A program made the translations under genes and the position numbers. DNA of 63,150 nt, filler included, from Hausera hauseri (lineage: Eukaryota): assembly GCA_046269625.1 (NCBI GenBank). It is 12 parts of 12 records of this genome, joined end to end, with 100 filler letters (N's around TTAATTAATTAA, not from the genome) between each part and the next. Parts side by side here need not be neighbours in the genome. Positions count along the whole stretch, not along the records: positions 37,897 to 42,640 come from JBJURY010452801.1; positions 42,741 to 47,735 come from JBJURY010367261.1; positions 47,836 to 52,223 come from JBJURY010605888.1; 9 more parts are not named here. One strand, 5' to 3'. The notes beneath the pieces are model-generated. The model searched no databases. It was not told where the DNA came from and saw only the letters and a program-made list of their open reading frames with translations. Position 1 is the stretch's first letter, and each line of letters begins with the position of its first letter. This document shows, one piece after another, positions 37,897-51,120 of this stretch.

Positions 37897-40800
37897 GATG
37901 TGTTACAAAATCCTCAAATTACAGAAAAACGATGGTATGTTGTTGGTGCAGAGAAATTTGGTAGATGACATTTTGATGCACAAACCAAATGTGGTTATTT
38001 TTTGAATTTTTTGACATTCTTATCTGCATCCAAAGATCAGTGGCTAATACATATATACTACAAACGTACTACAGTTGATGTCAGAAGACTGACATGGCAG
38101 ATTCTGTTGTACCAAATGCATTGATTTGCTGGATTCCCAGATACAGAATTATACTGGTGAGTTTGGTTGTTGTCTTTGGGGCATCCTGCAGTTGTTTTTT
38201 ATACTACAATTTAACCAATACGTTAAAATTTTGTGTTCATATTCATTACCGATATGCATCGTTTGTGTTTTTAATGCTCTCTGGATTGACAGTATCAAAC
38301 TCATCTTGTAAAAGTGAATTTCTGTTAGCGAAAGGATATGACAAATTGCTCGAATATTTATGTGAGTTAAAACCACACACCCTTCTTGTTGGACTTAGTA
38401 TCTTCTTGGGCTATATCATAGACCTTTGATGGGCCCAAAGTCAGTTATTACACGTATGTCATTAATGACGGTAGTGTGATCGGGCTGTTAATTCGATGGG
38501 GAACTCAGTTAGCAGTGCTATACCATCAGGATAATAAAAGGATCAATAATACGAACGTTGAGTTTAAGAACCCGCAACCCGTGGTTATTTGGAGAGCCAT
38601 TTTCAAGCTGATTGTTGAACTGAGCCACAAGACAAGAGGTAGCATTAATGAACGTTGCGATATTGGAGTCATTGTGACACTGTGTAACTGTATGAAGGAT
38701 GTTTGTCGACATATGGATAGTAGCATTCCCGAAGTCATGGATTATGATGATGCTGAATCCTATCAAAGTGTCATGAGTTTACAACGACTTTTCGAAAAAT
38801 TAAATGATTTAGTGCAATCGTTACAGTTATTCGCGAGTTATTCGCTCATCAGAGCGGACCTAGTCAAAATGATTCAGTTGTTTAAAAATAGACATACAAA
38901 GACCCGAGGTCGACGACTACTGAAAATACTCAATTCTATCATATCGGATAGCACCATTTACCACGAAATCAATTGTTGGTTTGAATTGTATCGACCGGGT
39001 CATGGTATCCCTATTATAACATCTAACGATGAATTGGATTTAAAGCCGAAGATTAACTATGCATCATCGGTGTTTGAAAGACGGGTGAGCCCGTACAAAA
39101 TATTAGAAGAACAGAATCCGAAGACTAGCAGTAATTCTTTTTCATTTATTTGCTGGATTAACATATCACCAATTTCGGCAATGAAGAAAGCGGATACTAA
39201 CAATGAAAGAACATTCATTTTCCGTATTCTTACAGTAAACTATAATGGATTTGAAACCTTTGTTGCGAGCTTGAGGCCAATCTGTTTGCCAAAGGACCTA
39301 TGAATACTCAAACGATATATTGCAACGAAAATATTGCTCCGAGTATTGTTGTAAATTTTCACTCGCGTGCATATAATCCTGTCAGTAATACTTGTTTTAA
39401 TTTACATGCAGCAATTCAAATAAGTCGACGAAATAAATATCGTTCTGGTCGACTTTATAGCAGGTGGTTGCTATGTAATAAGTTTCACAGTACCATTAAT
39501 GAAATAGGAGGGATTTGCTGTTTGTTACCTGTCATTGAGCAACTGGAATTTATGAACTTAAAAGATGAAGACACCAACAATAATGAGGGTTTTCACTTTA
39601 ACGAACGTCGCGGAAGCAATCCAGAATTAAATAGAAATTTTTCGATTGTTTCAAACGACAATAAACTGAATGATAGTATACTTACCAGTATCATTACACT
39701 TATTCGCCGTTTATGTTCACAGACAATCAGCCACTTTTGGAACGCTGTAAATTTATTCCAATAGTCGGTGCCTTACTACAGAAAATCGAACCCATTTTTC
39801 CTATTATTAACTTCGCGTATGCTTTTCGCGATTTTACCAAATTTTTGTAAGGAGAATCTTGGCAATCAAATCTTAAAATTAATTTTGCTGGATTGGCGAA
39901 TCTGGAGCCGTTGCAATGTTGAAACTCGAAAACATCTCGTTCGATATTTCTGTGATATTATTCGAGACGACATATCGAAATTCAGACATCAATATTGAAC
40001 AACGTTTTTTCTCGATGTTATTCGTCTTTATTACAGTCTGAACGTTATAAGTTAAGGGATGACCTGTTTTCTATTTTCTATCACTGGAACCACAAACTTT
40101 TTACGCTGCAACATTATCAAAAAATCTTGAAGATTGTCCATGAATGTAACAACTATAGTCCGATTCAAGAATCCATCCAACTACTGACTCGGTTACATGA
40201 CGACGTTCATGCGGGTGACCAGGATACTCTACTGTTCTACGAAAGCAGTCTGATGGAAAGTCTATTTGTTTTACTAGTTCGCGAATTGTCCACTCAAACT
40301 AAAGAGGAAGTTATTAAATTTCTTTATTCAATCATCGTTTCCAAACGTGTTCAAGACATATACAAAATCACTTGTTATTAAATGACATCAGTTTAGCATC
40401 GATCTTTATTTACAAAGAATTTTACCAATCTCCTTCGTCAATGGAATCTATTCAACATTTGTTAAACATTACCAGGAAAGCTGCTTCGAAAGATTTGTTC
40501 GTAGTCATTCAGTTTCTTTCGTTACTGACCTTATCCCCTATCGACCACCGATTGCAGGCCATGAAAATGTTGAAGTTGTTCTTTGATAAAGCACCAGATG
40601 CTATTTTTGCAATATCTCAACAGCCCGGTTGGCAGGATATTCTTATCCATTTGCTTGTTTTCCAGAAACGGGATGAAATAATCATTCAGACAAAGTCCGA
40701 TGTTTCAAGCAAATTGGAGGAATCGTCAGGGTTTTCGACGTTCATCGACTTGGCTATTCGAAGGATCAGCGAATGAATAAACGCTAAACGGTCGATTGAA

Positions 40801-41280
40801 AGGTGATGATTTTGTCGGAGAAGATAAAGAACTTTATCTTGACGACCCGATTCTTGAAAAAGATGTTGAAACTAATTTCGACGCAAAATCTGTTGAAACT
40901 TCTTATGTGAAACAGTACAGCCATAACAACGACGAAAGCCAACTCAGTTCCAGCACTACACATTTTCAGTGACCCAGTGTTTGCGATAGTTCCAGTAGTG
41001 ACGAAACCAGTCATTTAAGTCGGGCTATCAGTATTTTCGTTGTTTTTGATAGAAAGGATTTGATTGAGCCGATGGTAGATTTGTACCAGGAACATTTAGT
41101 TGATGTCGTGTTAGAGTGTCTTCAGCGAGTTGTCTGGTAGGTGTTCAGTGCGTCAAGCAGTTCGACATAATGGATGGTCGTTCATCAGGCTATCGAAAGT
41201 TTAACTAGTGTAAATAATCGATACATTCTTCAATCCACGTCCTATTTTAAACAAAATTTTCTTTCGACTGATTGATTCCA
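37897..41280 (+). pseudogene. Intronless, deleted and frameshifted neurobeachin-like (NBEAL1/2-type BEACH family) gene fragment
   Basis: FSFICW...FRILTVNYNGFETFV, LFAKGP, IGGICCLLPVIEQL, LLDWRIWS, LLFYE, ISQQPGWQDILIHL in NBEAL order. The BEACH/WD end is absent. Confidence 0.7.
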
Positions 41281-41469
41281 TTATGTCTGCTACGAAAACA
41301 AACGACTTAAATTCAGGAATAATCTTACAAGAATTTTTTTTCATAAAACAACTACCACTGACACAGTTGACGATAGATGTGAAAGAACTTGTTCAGCTGA
41401 TTTTAGACAGCAGTTGTCAAAATATCGTTCAGTTTTTTGATGAATATACCATTGAACTTTTAAAAATAG

Positions 41470-42120
41470 TTGGTTCGTCTACAAAATTGTTTTTGTGTTT
41501 GGGAAGAAGTTGCTTGGCCAAAATTTTTCAGGCCTGGATTTTATTATTTGCTTTATGTATTTCCCGAACTGTCCGAGGGGCATCTCGGCGCCTTTCAACA
41601 GATCCAACCTACGGATTTTGTTGAAAAGTATATTCTGACGGCCAATGAGAGTTATCTTCCGTTGCTAGTGTGGTCAAGTTTTGTAATGGCCATGCAATAT
41701 GCTGATGCAGATAAGCGGGATGGTCTTGCTACTATTCTTGCGCACATTGAAAAATTATTATCCATCAAAAACAATTGTGAATTATTGGAGAATATTGGCC
41801 AATACTTTTATGATTGGGCCTTATCCACCCTGCATTTATCGGCGTACATTATTGCATCCGACAATGGTAATTTAACGCGGTCACGTATGTCTCGAAGCCT
41901 TCGATCAATAATTCGAGTTCAAGATACGCTTCATTACGATGTCTATATGACGTATTCTATGTCCATTGGGCTTTTATTCATAGGCGGCGGAAAACTAACT
42001 CTAGGTAATTCGCTAAAATCCTCTGCACTTCTTTTAGCTTTTTCCCAATATTTCCTCCAACCTATTCTGGAAACAAATACCATTTGCAGGCATTGACAAG
42101 AGTATTTAATTCCATAGATG
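41470..42120 (+). pseudogene. Anaphase-promoting complex subunit 1 (APC1) PC-repeat fragment
   Basis: MSIGLLFIGGGKLTLGNS and (other frame) FPPTYSGNKYHLQAL match APC1 MALGLLFLGGGRYSLSTS...FP...DNRYHLQAL. GNL motif upstream. Confidence 0.75.
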
Positions 42121-42274
42121 CATATTTCCCACCGATCTACAAACTAGGTACGGAATCCTGGAATGTATTACGCGAGTCACCGTACAATGGTGAATACTTT
42201 GTTAAAAAGAGATCGACCGTTATTTCATTCAAAGGCACCCAAAGATATCATTCAGAATCCACCAGATAAAATGT

Positions 42275-42640
42275 GTGAAGATACTACACTACCCAGATTG
42301 TTGTTTACGAACGTCATTTCCCATCCACCTTTTTGTAAATAATAAATTAAGACACCGCACATCAAACAACGTATCGACACTACAATTATGTGACCTCATT
42401 CATAAAGCCACCGCCTTTCATGTTTTCTATTTGACTCACAATGGTTTCATTTTAACTGACCTCCCACACATCATGTCCTCACAATACTGCCTCTGTATTC
42501 ACATCCACCCTAGAACACGCGGAGGTATAATTTCTTCACCAACCAGTGACATCACAAATAAGGTTCCACAAACTCAAATCCATTGTCTACTACCAAAATT
42601 AAACCATCTAACGCCTTTAACCGATACTAGTTTTTCTGAC
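42275..42640 (+). CDS. ORF with N-terminal ubiquitin-like domain ending in RGG (truncated by contig end)
   Basis: FYLTHNGFILTD...CIHIHPRTRGG parallels ubiquitin RLIFAGKQLED...LHLVLRLRGG. Confidence 0.55.
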
Positions 42641-43222
42641 NNNNNNNNNNNNNNNNNNNNNNNNNNNNNNNNNNNNNNNNNNNNTTAATTAATTAANNNN
42701 NNNNNNNNNNNNNNNNNNNNNNNNNNNNNNNNNNNNNNNNTTCCTGGTAATACATGCATTTTATTCGTCAGGCTGGAGTTCTAAATAATACGGTGTTTAC
42801 GTATGACTGAGCTAATTTGCTTGGAACGGGTGAATTTGTATGACTCAAGAATATTTTTATCGCCTGTGTCTATCATTGAATCATTGATTACTTTCATTGT
42901 GGTATAATATATTGTTCTGATAAACGCAGCTGTTCAATTTTGTCTGTTTGTAATGCCGCAAATATCCTATTATATTGAATTGAGGCGAGTCTTGACATGC
43001 AGATTGCTTCGGTGTTTGGTATTCCATGTATTTGACTATCTGCATATCAGAACTAACTGAATCGATAAAACATTTAATGTATTGGTGTATTATTAGTTTA
43101 TTCTTAATTCTTAGGTCTATTCTTATCTTATTTTAATTTTTGATAGTTCGATTCCTCTTTTCAATTGTTAAATATTATTTAGAACCAAATTCTATTAAAC
43201 TATTTATTTATTCACAATTGAT

Positions 43223-44024
43223 TCATAGTGAAATAGTTAAGTCCATTCGTGAATGTTCTGCTATGTCTTCGGCATATTGGGCAAGATGCTGACAGTACCA
43301 TTCTTTAAAGCAGGTCCTGCAGAATTCGTGTTTACATGTTAGTACGATGGATTTAATTGAGTATGGGCTCAGGCAAATGGTGCAAGCAGATCCTATTTGT
43401 ATTAGCTGACCTTGTGGATTGTAAGTTGAGGGGATCCATAGGACAAGGTGTGTATTCTGTACAGTAGACAAAGGGGATCTTAATAGAGTCAACATTAATT
43501 CTTTTCAACACTAAGACGATTTTATCAGCTTTTATTGATTTATGTGCAATGATTTGATGCACAATTATAAGTCTTCGATATTTATTTCATCGTATTTGGT
43601 GATCATGAATGGTCTGAGGTTTCTCCATTCGTCCGGCCACTTGTCCTCATCTTCGTCTATTGACTTGTCGATATTCGGTCATCGGTGTCCGCGTAAATAT
43701 CTAGTCCCTCAAAGTAAGATTCGCTTGTATATTCGTGACAAATATGACAGAATTGATAGTTTTTCAAATAATCAGCAACGCAATCCTGGCAGAATATATG
43801 CCTGCAAGGGAGTACAGCCAACGTGTTATTAGACCATGGCATGTTATACAAATCGCATATTTTCTACAGCATGAACATGTAATTTGTGTCTTTAACCAGG
43901 TATGCATAAAAGTTTGGCAGAACTTGTGTCCGCATGGAATAGTTGTCCGATTCAAAGGTACGTTTTCAAAACAAATAGGACAAATGTCTGCAACAATGGT
44001 AAAATAAACATCCATATTGTACAC
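43223..44024 (-). pseudogene. Tandem RING-finger array (three C3HC4-type domains)
   Basis: CPIC...PCGHKFCQTF...CSCCR; CITC...LPCRHIFCQDC...CHIC (frameshifted); CTIC...TCKHEFCRTC. Confidence 0.8.
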
Positions 44025-45094
44025 TTGTTGCTATTATAAATTCAATTGATTTTGGAATTACATGAATACTCAAGACTCATTTAGATTTAGCTTTTATCTA
44101 CGGTACACAACGATAATAAATCTAGTTTACAACTTATCTTTAAGTATTCACCTTTTATGGTGATGGGTTTCTCTTGCGTTTGAGATATTTTATTTTATGT
44201 CGATTCACCTTCCTTTCCATGTGGTTACTACAATGAGGGTCCGCCAATGTTTTATCCAGTTTCTTTATAGGATATTTCAGTTTGATTCCGGGTTGGCAGA
44301 ATGATTTTTAATCGCTACGTTGTAACATTCCCAGTTTTTCCGTTTGGTGGTTACGTTGCTTGCCCTTTAAATAGGCTTCTTTTAAGGATTATGCACTGTT
44401 GAATTATTGATCGTTATTATAATTTTCAATCCCACTCATAATTTGCCGAAACTAGCTAAAATGTGAACATTTTTATTTAATCATTTAATTCATTTAGTCG
44501 ATTTATCCTAATTCCTTGGACGTTAATGCGCAAATTGAGCATAATAATTCATTTTCTTCATCCATTGTAGCTATATCTAATCCAATATATTCTCCACTCG
44601 CGTCCCGACGAAATTGTTCTTTTTCTAATTCAGTAATTAATTTGCACAACGGGCACAGCCTTTGTCCATTTATTTGAGGTTATATATTTCATGGGGTCCA
44701 GGGATATGGAGCAGACTGAAATATAGATTTAAAAGTAAAATGATTCACCATTTATTGACATTTCTTCATTATTGTTGTTATCCTTAACCAAAAGATGAGA
44801 TCCTCATTAGTTTCGAATTAGTCTGATATGCAATTACTTTCATCAGTTAGTAAATTCTAAAATTCGTATCAATACACTATTGTCATCACTTCTAATTTAG
44901 TATCGTTTCCAAGGTTCTTATGGGCTTTAATTTAGTTCGTATAGCAACGAATAAAACAATAGGTAAGAAGTATATTCCAAATATCATATTAGCGCAGTCG
45001 GTATAATAAGCCATTTGGTCCGATCAACTGTATATTGCCTCCGTCTTTGTCATCATCTGGTAGTACCATTACGGTGTTTCGCCAGCATTTATGA

Positions 45095-45225
45095 TTAGTT
45101 TTCTTCGGCAAAACGGACAGGACCGATTTTTTTGCAGCCATTGTTGTGTGCATCTGATGTATAGTCAGTGCACCGGAATAGTGAATTTTTAAATCCTAGG
45201 TTGCCAAAGCATATTTTGCATTTCG
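45095..45225 (-). pseudogene. Fourth RING-finger remnant
   Basis: Manual translation: CKICFGNL...FRC, frameshift, then CTQQWLQKNRSCPFCRRKL. Confidence 0.7.
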
Positions 45226-48200
45226 CTGGACCGTATCGGGAGCCTGTTAAGATTCATTAATATTATGATACTCTTTCTATCCGCGTCACTCAAAATCATA
45301 TCGACCAGAATAGACAACAGCACCAACAATCTGCAAGATATAACATGAAAATATCAATAGTACAGTTGCTACGATCCTGAGCGCTGGTATTACTACTCGA
45401 TATTGGTATTGTCGCTAATAATCAAGATCCTTACTCGAATATCTTTATTGTAGCATGGATATTTCATTACTTATTATTATTCACTTATTACTTATTATGT
45501 TCAGTCGCTTCCTCTGTAGGTTCATAAATTCTTTAAGTAATTTTAAACAGTTCACAAGGTTCACATCTCTCCTATCAATAGGCGTTTATTGTGCGTAAAT
45601 AAAAAATAACTATGGTCCATGAAAATATTGGTTGAAATATTGTTAAATTTCGTTTTAAGTTGTATTATTACTAACCTCATTCAACAATCTGTATAAACAT
45701 TCCTCACTCGGCGCAACAATTTACATGTTGGTGTTAGCAGGGATTTCAATTGGGGTTTCACATCAACATATAAAATTTCTTTAGACATTTTCGTCCAATA
45801 ACTATTCCGATACTAATTAATCTGATGTTTGAGTTCGGTGGCGACTCGGTGACCGGAGTCAGCGTGCGCCTAAGAATTTTACTTATAATGTCTAGATGAT
45901 ATATCAATCACATCTTCCTTTTATTGTGTTTCTCCGATTTATTAAGCAAACATGCAAAACTTTCGGATCATATCCGTGATCCGTATGAGGGATTTGCACA
46001 CATTCAATTTGAAGATTCGAGAGTCTGTGGCAATACGATAATCGTTTTTTTGCCTACGCTGTTTTAATAGTGATTAGCTTGAGGTGTTCGAGTGGTTTCA
46101 CTACTTTAATTGTTATATACATAGACATTATATTACATTGCGCAAATTCGTCCATTCACTCTAATACCGATCTCTTTTAAATTGAGTCCCAATTGTCTTC
46201 AAAGGAAAAATAGCTTGACATAATTACGTCGGTGATTGTACTGGGATTGTCTACTCTATGCTGTGTTGAACGCCTAATCAATTATAATACATTTCATTAT
46301 ACAATTTATTCGTCCGTTTATTGATCACGAATTCGAAATAGCCACACAACACGAAACGGTGTATCTTATCAACTACTCAATTAGCAAACACAAATTTGTA
46401 ATATGTTATTCCCATTCAGATCTTAATTTACGATTTGTACACAAATCAGATTTAATAAACAAGTAATAATCCAACTGGCATTGGTAATATAACTAATAAA
46501 TATGGAAGTCGCAATTTTGTCATTTGGGATTAAACTAATAGTTTTGGATTCGCGCGTTCGAGTGGGCTATTCACATTTAGTCGTCCCGGTCGTGTATGTC
46601 TAATTTCCGTACATCGCGCCCATTAACATACTCTGGTGATGTGACAACAGAATTTCTGTCAATATTAATCATTCCTATTGGTCGTAATTATATTCATGGC
46701 GATATGTTAGTGTTTCTTAATAATCCAAACACACCCATGAGATTCTTTTTATTTAGACATGTATGATGAGTTGATAACATTTGTGACAATTTGATGCTTT
46801 ATTTGGCCATGTATGACAATTTGATAACATTTATGACGATTTGATCTTTATTTGTACGATTTGATTACATTATAGACTGCGACGTGTTATAATTAATAAA
46901 CTTGTGTATAAATGTCTGTCTTCTTGTTTTATTGTCGAAACCCTGATGGGTATGTGCCATGCTGCTCTGTACGAGTAATGTTAACCAGTCAAAGCGGCGG
47001 AAGAGTGATTAGTGAACAGATACATCCAAATTCAAAATTGAAATAGCACGTACATAACTACTAACCACCTTAGTCACTTGTTTCGAAAATATTACAGATT
47101 GCTGGAATACAATATAAAGAATTTTATATCACTATAAATTCGGTAATTTGGTTTGAATATAATTGAAAGAAAAAATTTCATATCACGCTAGATATGGTAA
47201 TTATTCTAGATACGGCAATCGTAAGTTTAGAAATAAATCACTTCGAGCCATAAATCATTTTTGAAATTAATTGTCTTAAATGGAATTGCAAGGAACAAAT
47301 CAAGGACATAAATCAACTTTAAGAATTTGAGAATGACAGCAATACATCACGAACTTTGGATTGTCCCATAATAGTTGTAAATTACATTTTGAATTTATCA
47401 ACTTTAAGAATTTAAAAAACGACAGCAATACTATCAAATAGATTTCCGAAATTGACAAAATAATCTGACAAAAATAATAAATCAACGATCGGCTTAAAGA
47501 ATAGATTTTAGAAAGTGACAATTGCACAATAAATCCTTGTCAAACTAGTATATAAGAGTCGCAAATAAGAGAATTAACCTTGTAACGAAAATTTAACTTG
47601 AACAGATTACAAACAATTGCAAGAATTGTAGAAAATTGAACTGAGTCGAATATTGAAGAGTAGGGGAAAAAAGAGCGTTCTGGAACAAGGGGGGGGGAGG
47701 TCCACCCACGCACCAATTGACCAATCACAAGCGTCNNNNNNNNNNNNNNNNNNNNNNNNNNNNNNNNNNNNNNNNNNNNTTAATTAATTAANNNNNNNNN
47801 NNNNNNNNNNNNNNNNNNNNNNNNNNNNNNNNNNNTATAGTAGAATGGAGGAGCCAAAGACATCACAACGGAAGAGTGGAGGAAGGGGAGGACAAAAACT
47901 GGAAGGGAGGAAATAGCAAAGGCCATACGAAGGTGAGAGAAGAACTGGAAAAGGGGAGGGGACAGTGTAGGAGGAGGTACCGTGTAGGAGGGGGATGGAC
48001 GGAGGAGGGCTGCTTGATATATATCTAAACGTCGACTTGTTATATATCTATACTGCTACTTGAGATAACTAGCTTTGAATTGCATCAGGTCTTCCTGTAC
48101 TCGAGATATGTTCTTTACTGTTATCTTCTCCAGCAACTTGCCAGTTATATTCTACAAAGTTATTATGCATAGTTACTATTTTATCATGGTCTTAGGAGAC

Positions 48201-50089
48201 TGAGGCACCTTGTGGCTGACGACTCATAGCCAGCCCTAATAAATTGTGCCAGGACTGACGGATTATAATCGGCCAAGTTACTCTGCTCACGTCCAAGTCC
48301 GGTCTCCGGTAAGGAAATCTGCCGACAAACGGGCGTAGGTTCGAGACGGTTCCCAGTTGAGTGGTGAATCACATTTAGAAGGCTAAGTCTTATACTAAAT
48401 CCTGGAGAACATTGGTCCACCTCCTAGACGCCACAGGGATGGCAGGAAAGCTCAGTTACCCGTCTCCATTTTCCTTCTTAGCACTGCAACAGTCCTTCTC
48501 ATGAGCAGTATAAGGCGTGTGTAACGGTTATTATTTCTGGTGGCGTTATGGTGGAGTTTAATTGACTCGTATAACATAATATTCTGGTGGCGTTGGTGGC
48601 ATTCTTGACGCCCACCAGTCGGGGTAAGGGGGGGACTACTCTTCTATGAAAATGTTTAAGGGGCAGACAACTCATGTATGTTTTAATTAGGTAATTAATT
48701 AACTAATTATGTGTTTTTAAATAAATAACGCGTTTAATTTTATTTAAATAATAGTTATTTTAATTGTAATCGTTGATAAGTTGTTTTCGACGGTGCTGGT
48801 GTCGGCCGCAGCGGGCTCAGGTAGTCTGCTGTGAGGTCGCCGAATCGTCCGCCGAATCGCCGGTAATTAAATAATTGTTTTTAATTAGGTAATTACGGTA
48901 TAATTATGGTATAATTATGTTTTTGTAAGAACGAGGCACACAGCCTGTTGGGGTAAGGGGCGTGACTAAGGCCGAATCAGCGGGTTTTTCATCATCATCA
49001 TTCTTTTTGATGACGTCAGCATCTTGATGTCATAATTTTTTTTAGTTACATGTGGTAAGGGACTGTGGTGGTACCGTGTCTTTGTATCGGTAGCGTGTTT
49101 GGTATCATCATGTGCCGTGTGGTATTTGGGTAATTGGTCAAGGAAAGGTGATATTTACTGTTAATGTTGCGGTTCTCAAAGGGGAATGGGAGTGGTGTAG
49201 GTCGTGTTCTTCGTGTTTGGGGATGATATTTGCTGTTAAGGTCGAGGTTCTCAAAGGGGTTCTTAGGGGTGTAGGTGATCTTCGTGTTTGGGGTGATATT
49301 TGCTGTTAAGGCAGGTTTCTCAAGGATGCTTTCAGTGATTTAGGTCATGTTTAGGGGCATGTTGGGATACATTTTTTCTGTTAAGGGCAGGTTTCTTATG
49401 GCTGCGGGCGGTGGTTTAGGTCGGTTTTTTCGTGTTTAGTGACAAGTAAGTGGTGATATTTTCTGTTACGGGCGTGTTTCTCACGGTGACGATGGGGATT
49501 TAGGTCGACTTTTTCATGTTTGGGGACAGGTCGGGGCATGTATGGGCAGGTTTCCTACGACTGCGGGAGGAGGTTTAGGTCGGATTTTCGTGTTTAGGGA
49601 CACGTTTTTTCTGTTAATGGCGTGTTTCTTAAGGGTGCCGGTGGTGGTTTAGGTCGTGTTTAGTGACATGGTAGTATGATATTTTCTGTTAAGGTCGCGG
49701 TTCTAAAACGTGCGGACAGTGGTTTAGGGTTGTCTCTTCGTGTTTAGGGACAGGACATGGTATATTTGTGTTCAAAGTCAAGCGGAAGAGCATGAAATGG
49801 TAGTTGTGTGACAACAGAAGGTGATCTCAGAGGGCAAAGCCAATTGAAATCAAGATGGCGATTGAATGGTCCACGTGGACAAAGTCAAGCGGAAGAGGTC
49901 GGGACAGGAAGCATGATCATGTGACAGCAGAAGGGGAAGTCAAGATGGCCACTGAAATGTACTCGAGTAGTTAACGTGTAGTTGGCCTAATTGTAACAAC
50001 ACACAATTTTTTATTATATTCACATAAGAACATTACACACAACACAGGCCATGTTTTATTACAACTTTATTCGAAAAGTATACAGTATG

Positions 50090-50888
50090 TTAACCTATGG
50101 AAAAACCATTCAAATGGTAAATATAAAAACTGGATAACCGAATGGCTTCCACGCTGTATTTGGTATTTGGTCTATTATGGTGTGCAAAACTAAGTTGATC
50201 GTCTTGTTCTAATGTCCTAACGAAATCTTCAAAGTCCTTTCTATTGTTGATGAGTGTAGGTGTGTCTAAAACTATTGTGTTGTTCGACGACGCATGATAA
50301 AATCTAAGTTTCCCTGTCTTCCAGTGTCTAAGAATATAATTGTGGCTGTAATTGATTTTGAACCTGTTTGTTTGACTTTTTAAAATAGCGTCTAAAAGAC
50401 CACTCCAATCCAAACGGTGATCTGCATCGGGTCTATGGAAATATGGAAATGTACTTGCCAATGTTACTGTGTGTTTTGATTGAATCCCACTTTTCTTTGT
50501 ATAATTTGTAGACGTCTTCTGTTAGAGAAACTGAAGTGTCAGCTTCATCTTGCTGCTGGTTAGAATCAGTAACTTTCTATTCTTTAGACTCGACGGAACT
50601 TGTAGTTCTTTGATCTAGTTTACCTTCATTTGAGGTTGCACATCACGGTTTCTTCTCTTGACGAGGATTAGTAGTTGCTTGAAAATCGCTGGAAGCTTGT
50701 CTCTTTTGCGTGTCACTATGATCCCTCTTTACATGGACCAAGACGTTGTCACGTCGAGTGAATGTTCTGCCGCACACATCACATTAGTGAAGTGTTTTCG
50801 TGTGCACAGTTTCTTTATGACGACGAATATCACCAACTCTGGTAAAACTTTTGTCGCATTTATCACAGCTGTGTTTGTGCGAAGGCAT
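50090..50888 (-). pseudogene. Two C2H2 zinc fingers plus Polinton/adintovirus pPolB N-terminal-like domain
   Basis: CDKCDKSFTRVGDIRRHKETVH and CDVCGRTFTRRDNVLVHVKRDH, then FKINYSHNYILR...TGKLRFYHASSNN...RPNTKY...FYIYHL...IG*. Three stops and one frameshift. AATAAA follows. Confidence 0.7.
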
Positions 50889-50889
50889 C

Positions 50890-51120
50890 TGTGGAATATA
50901 AAACAGAACCATTAACACTAAAGATAAATTCTTTTGCAAACATGCATTTCTTAACAACTATACACTAACCTTGTGGAATACAAACACTAAACATGAATTC
51001 TTTTTTTCATAACATTATTAAATTTCACTAACCTTGTGGAATACAAACACTAAATCACAAATTCCTTTTTCTTAACAACACTAACTTTTCACTAACATTG
51101 TTAAATATAAACACTAAATC
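50890..51120. repeat. Short tandem array (~60-bp units)
   Basis: CACTAACCTTGTGGAATACAAACACTAAA-like unit recurs three to four times. Confidence 0.7.

Noticed and set aside
38094-41280. Alternative genetic code or programmed frameshifting to explain the broken ORFs
   Set aside because: The disruptions are mostly indels and block deletions. Elsewhere all three stop types occur and differ between copies, which fits neutral decay.
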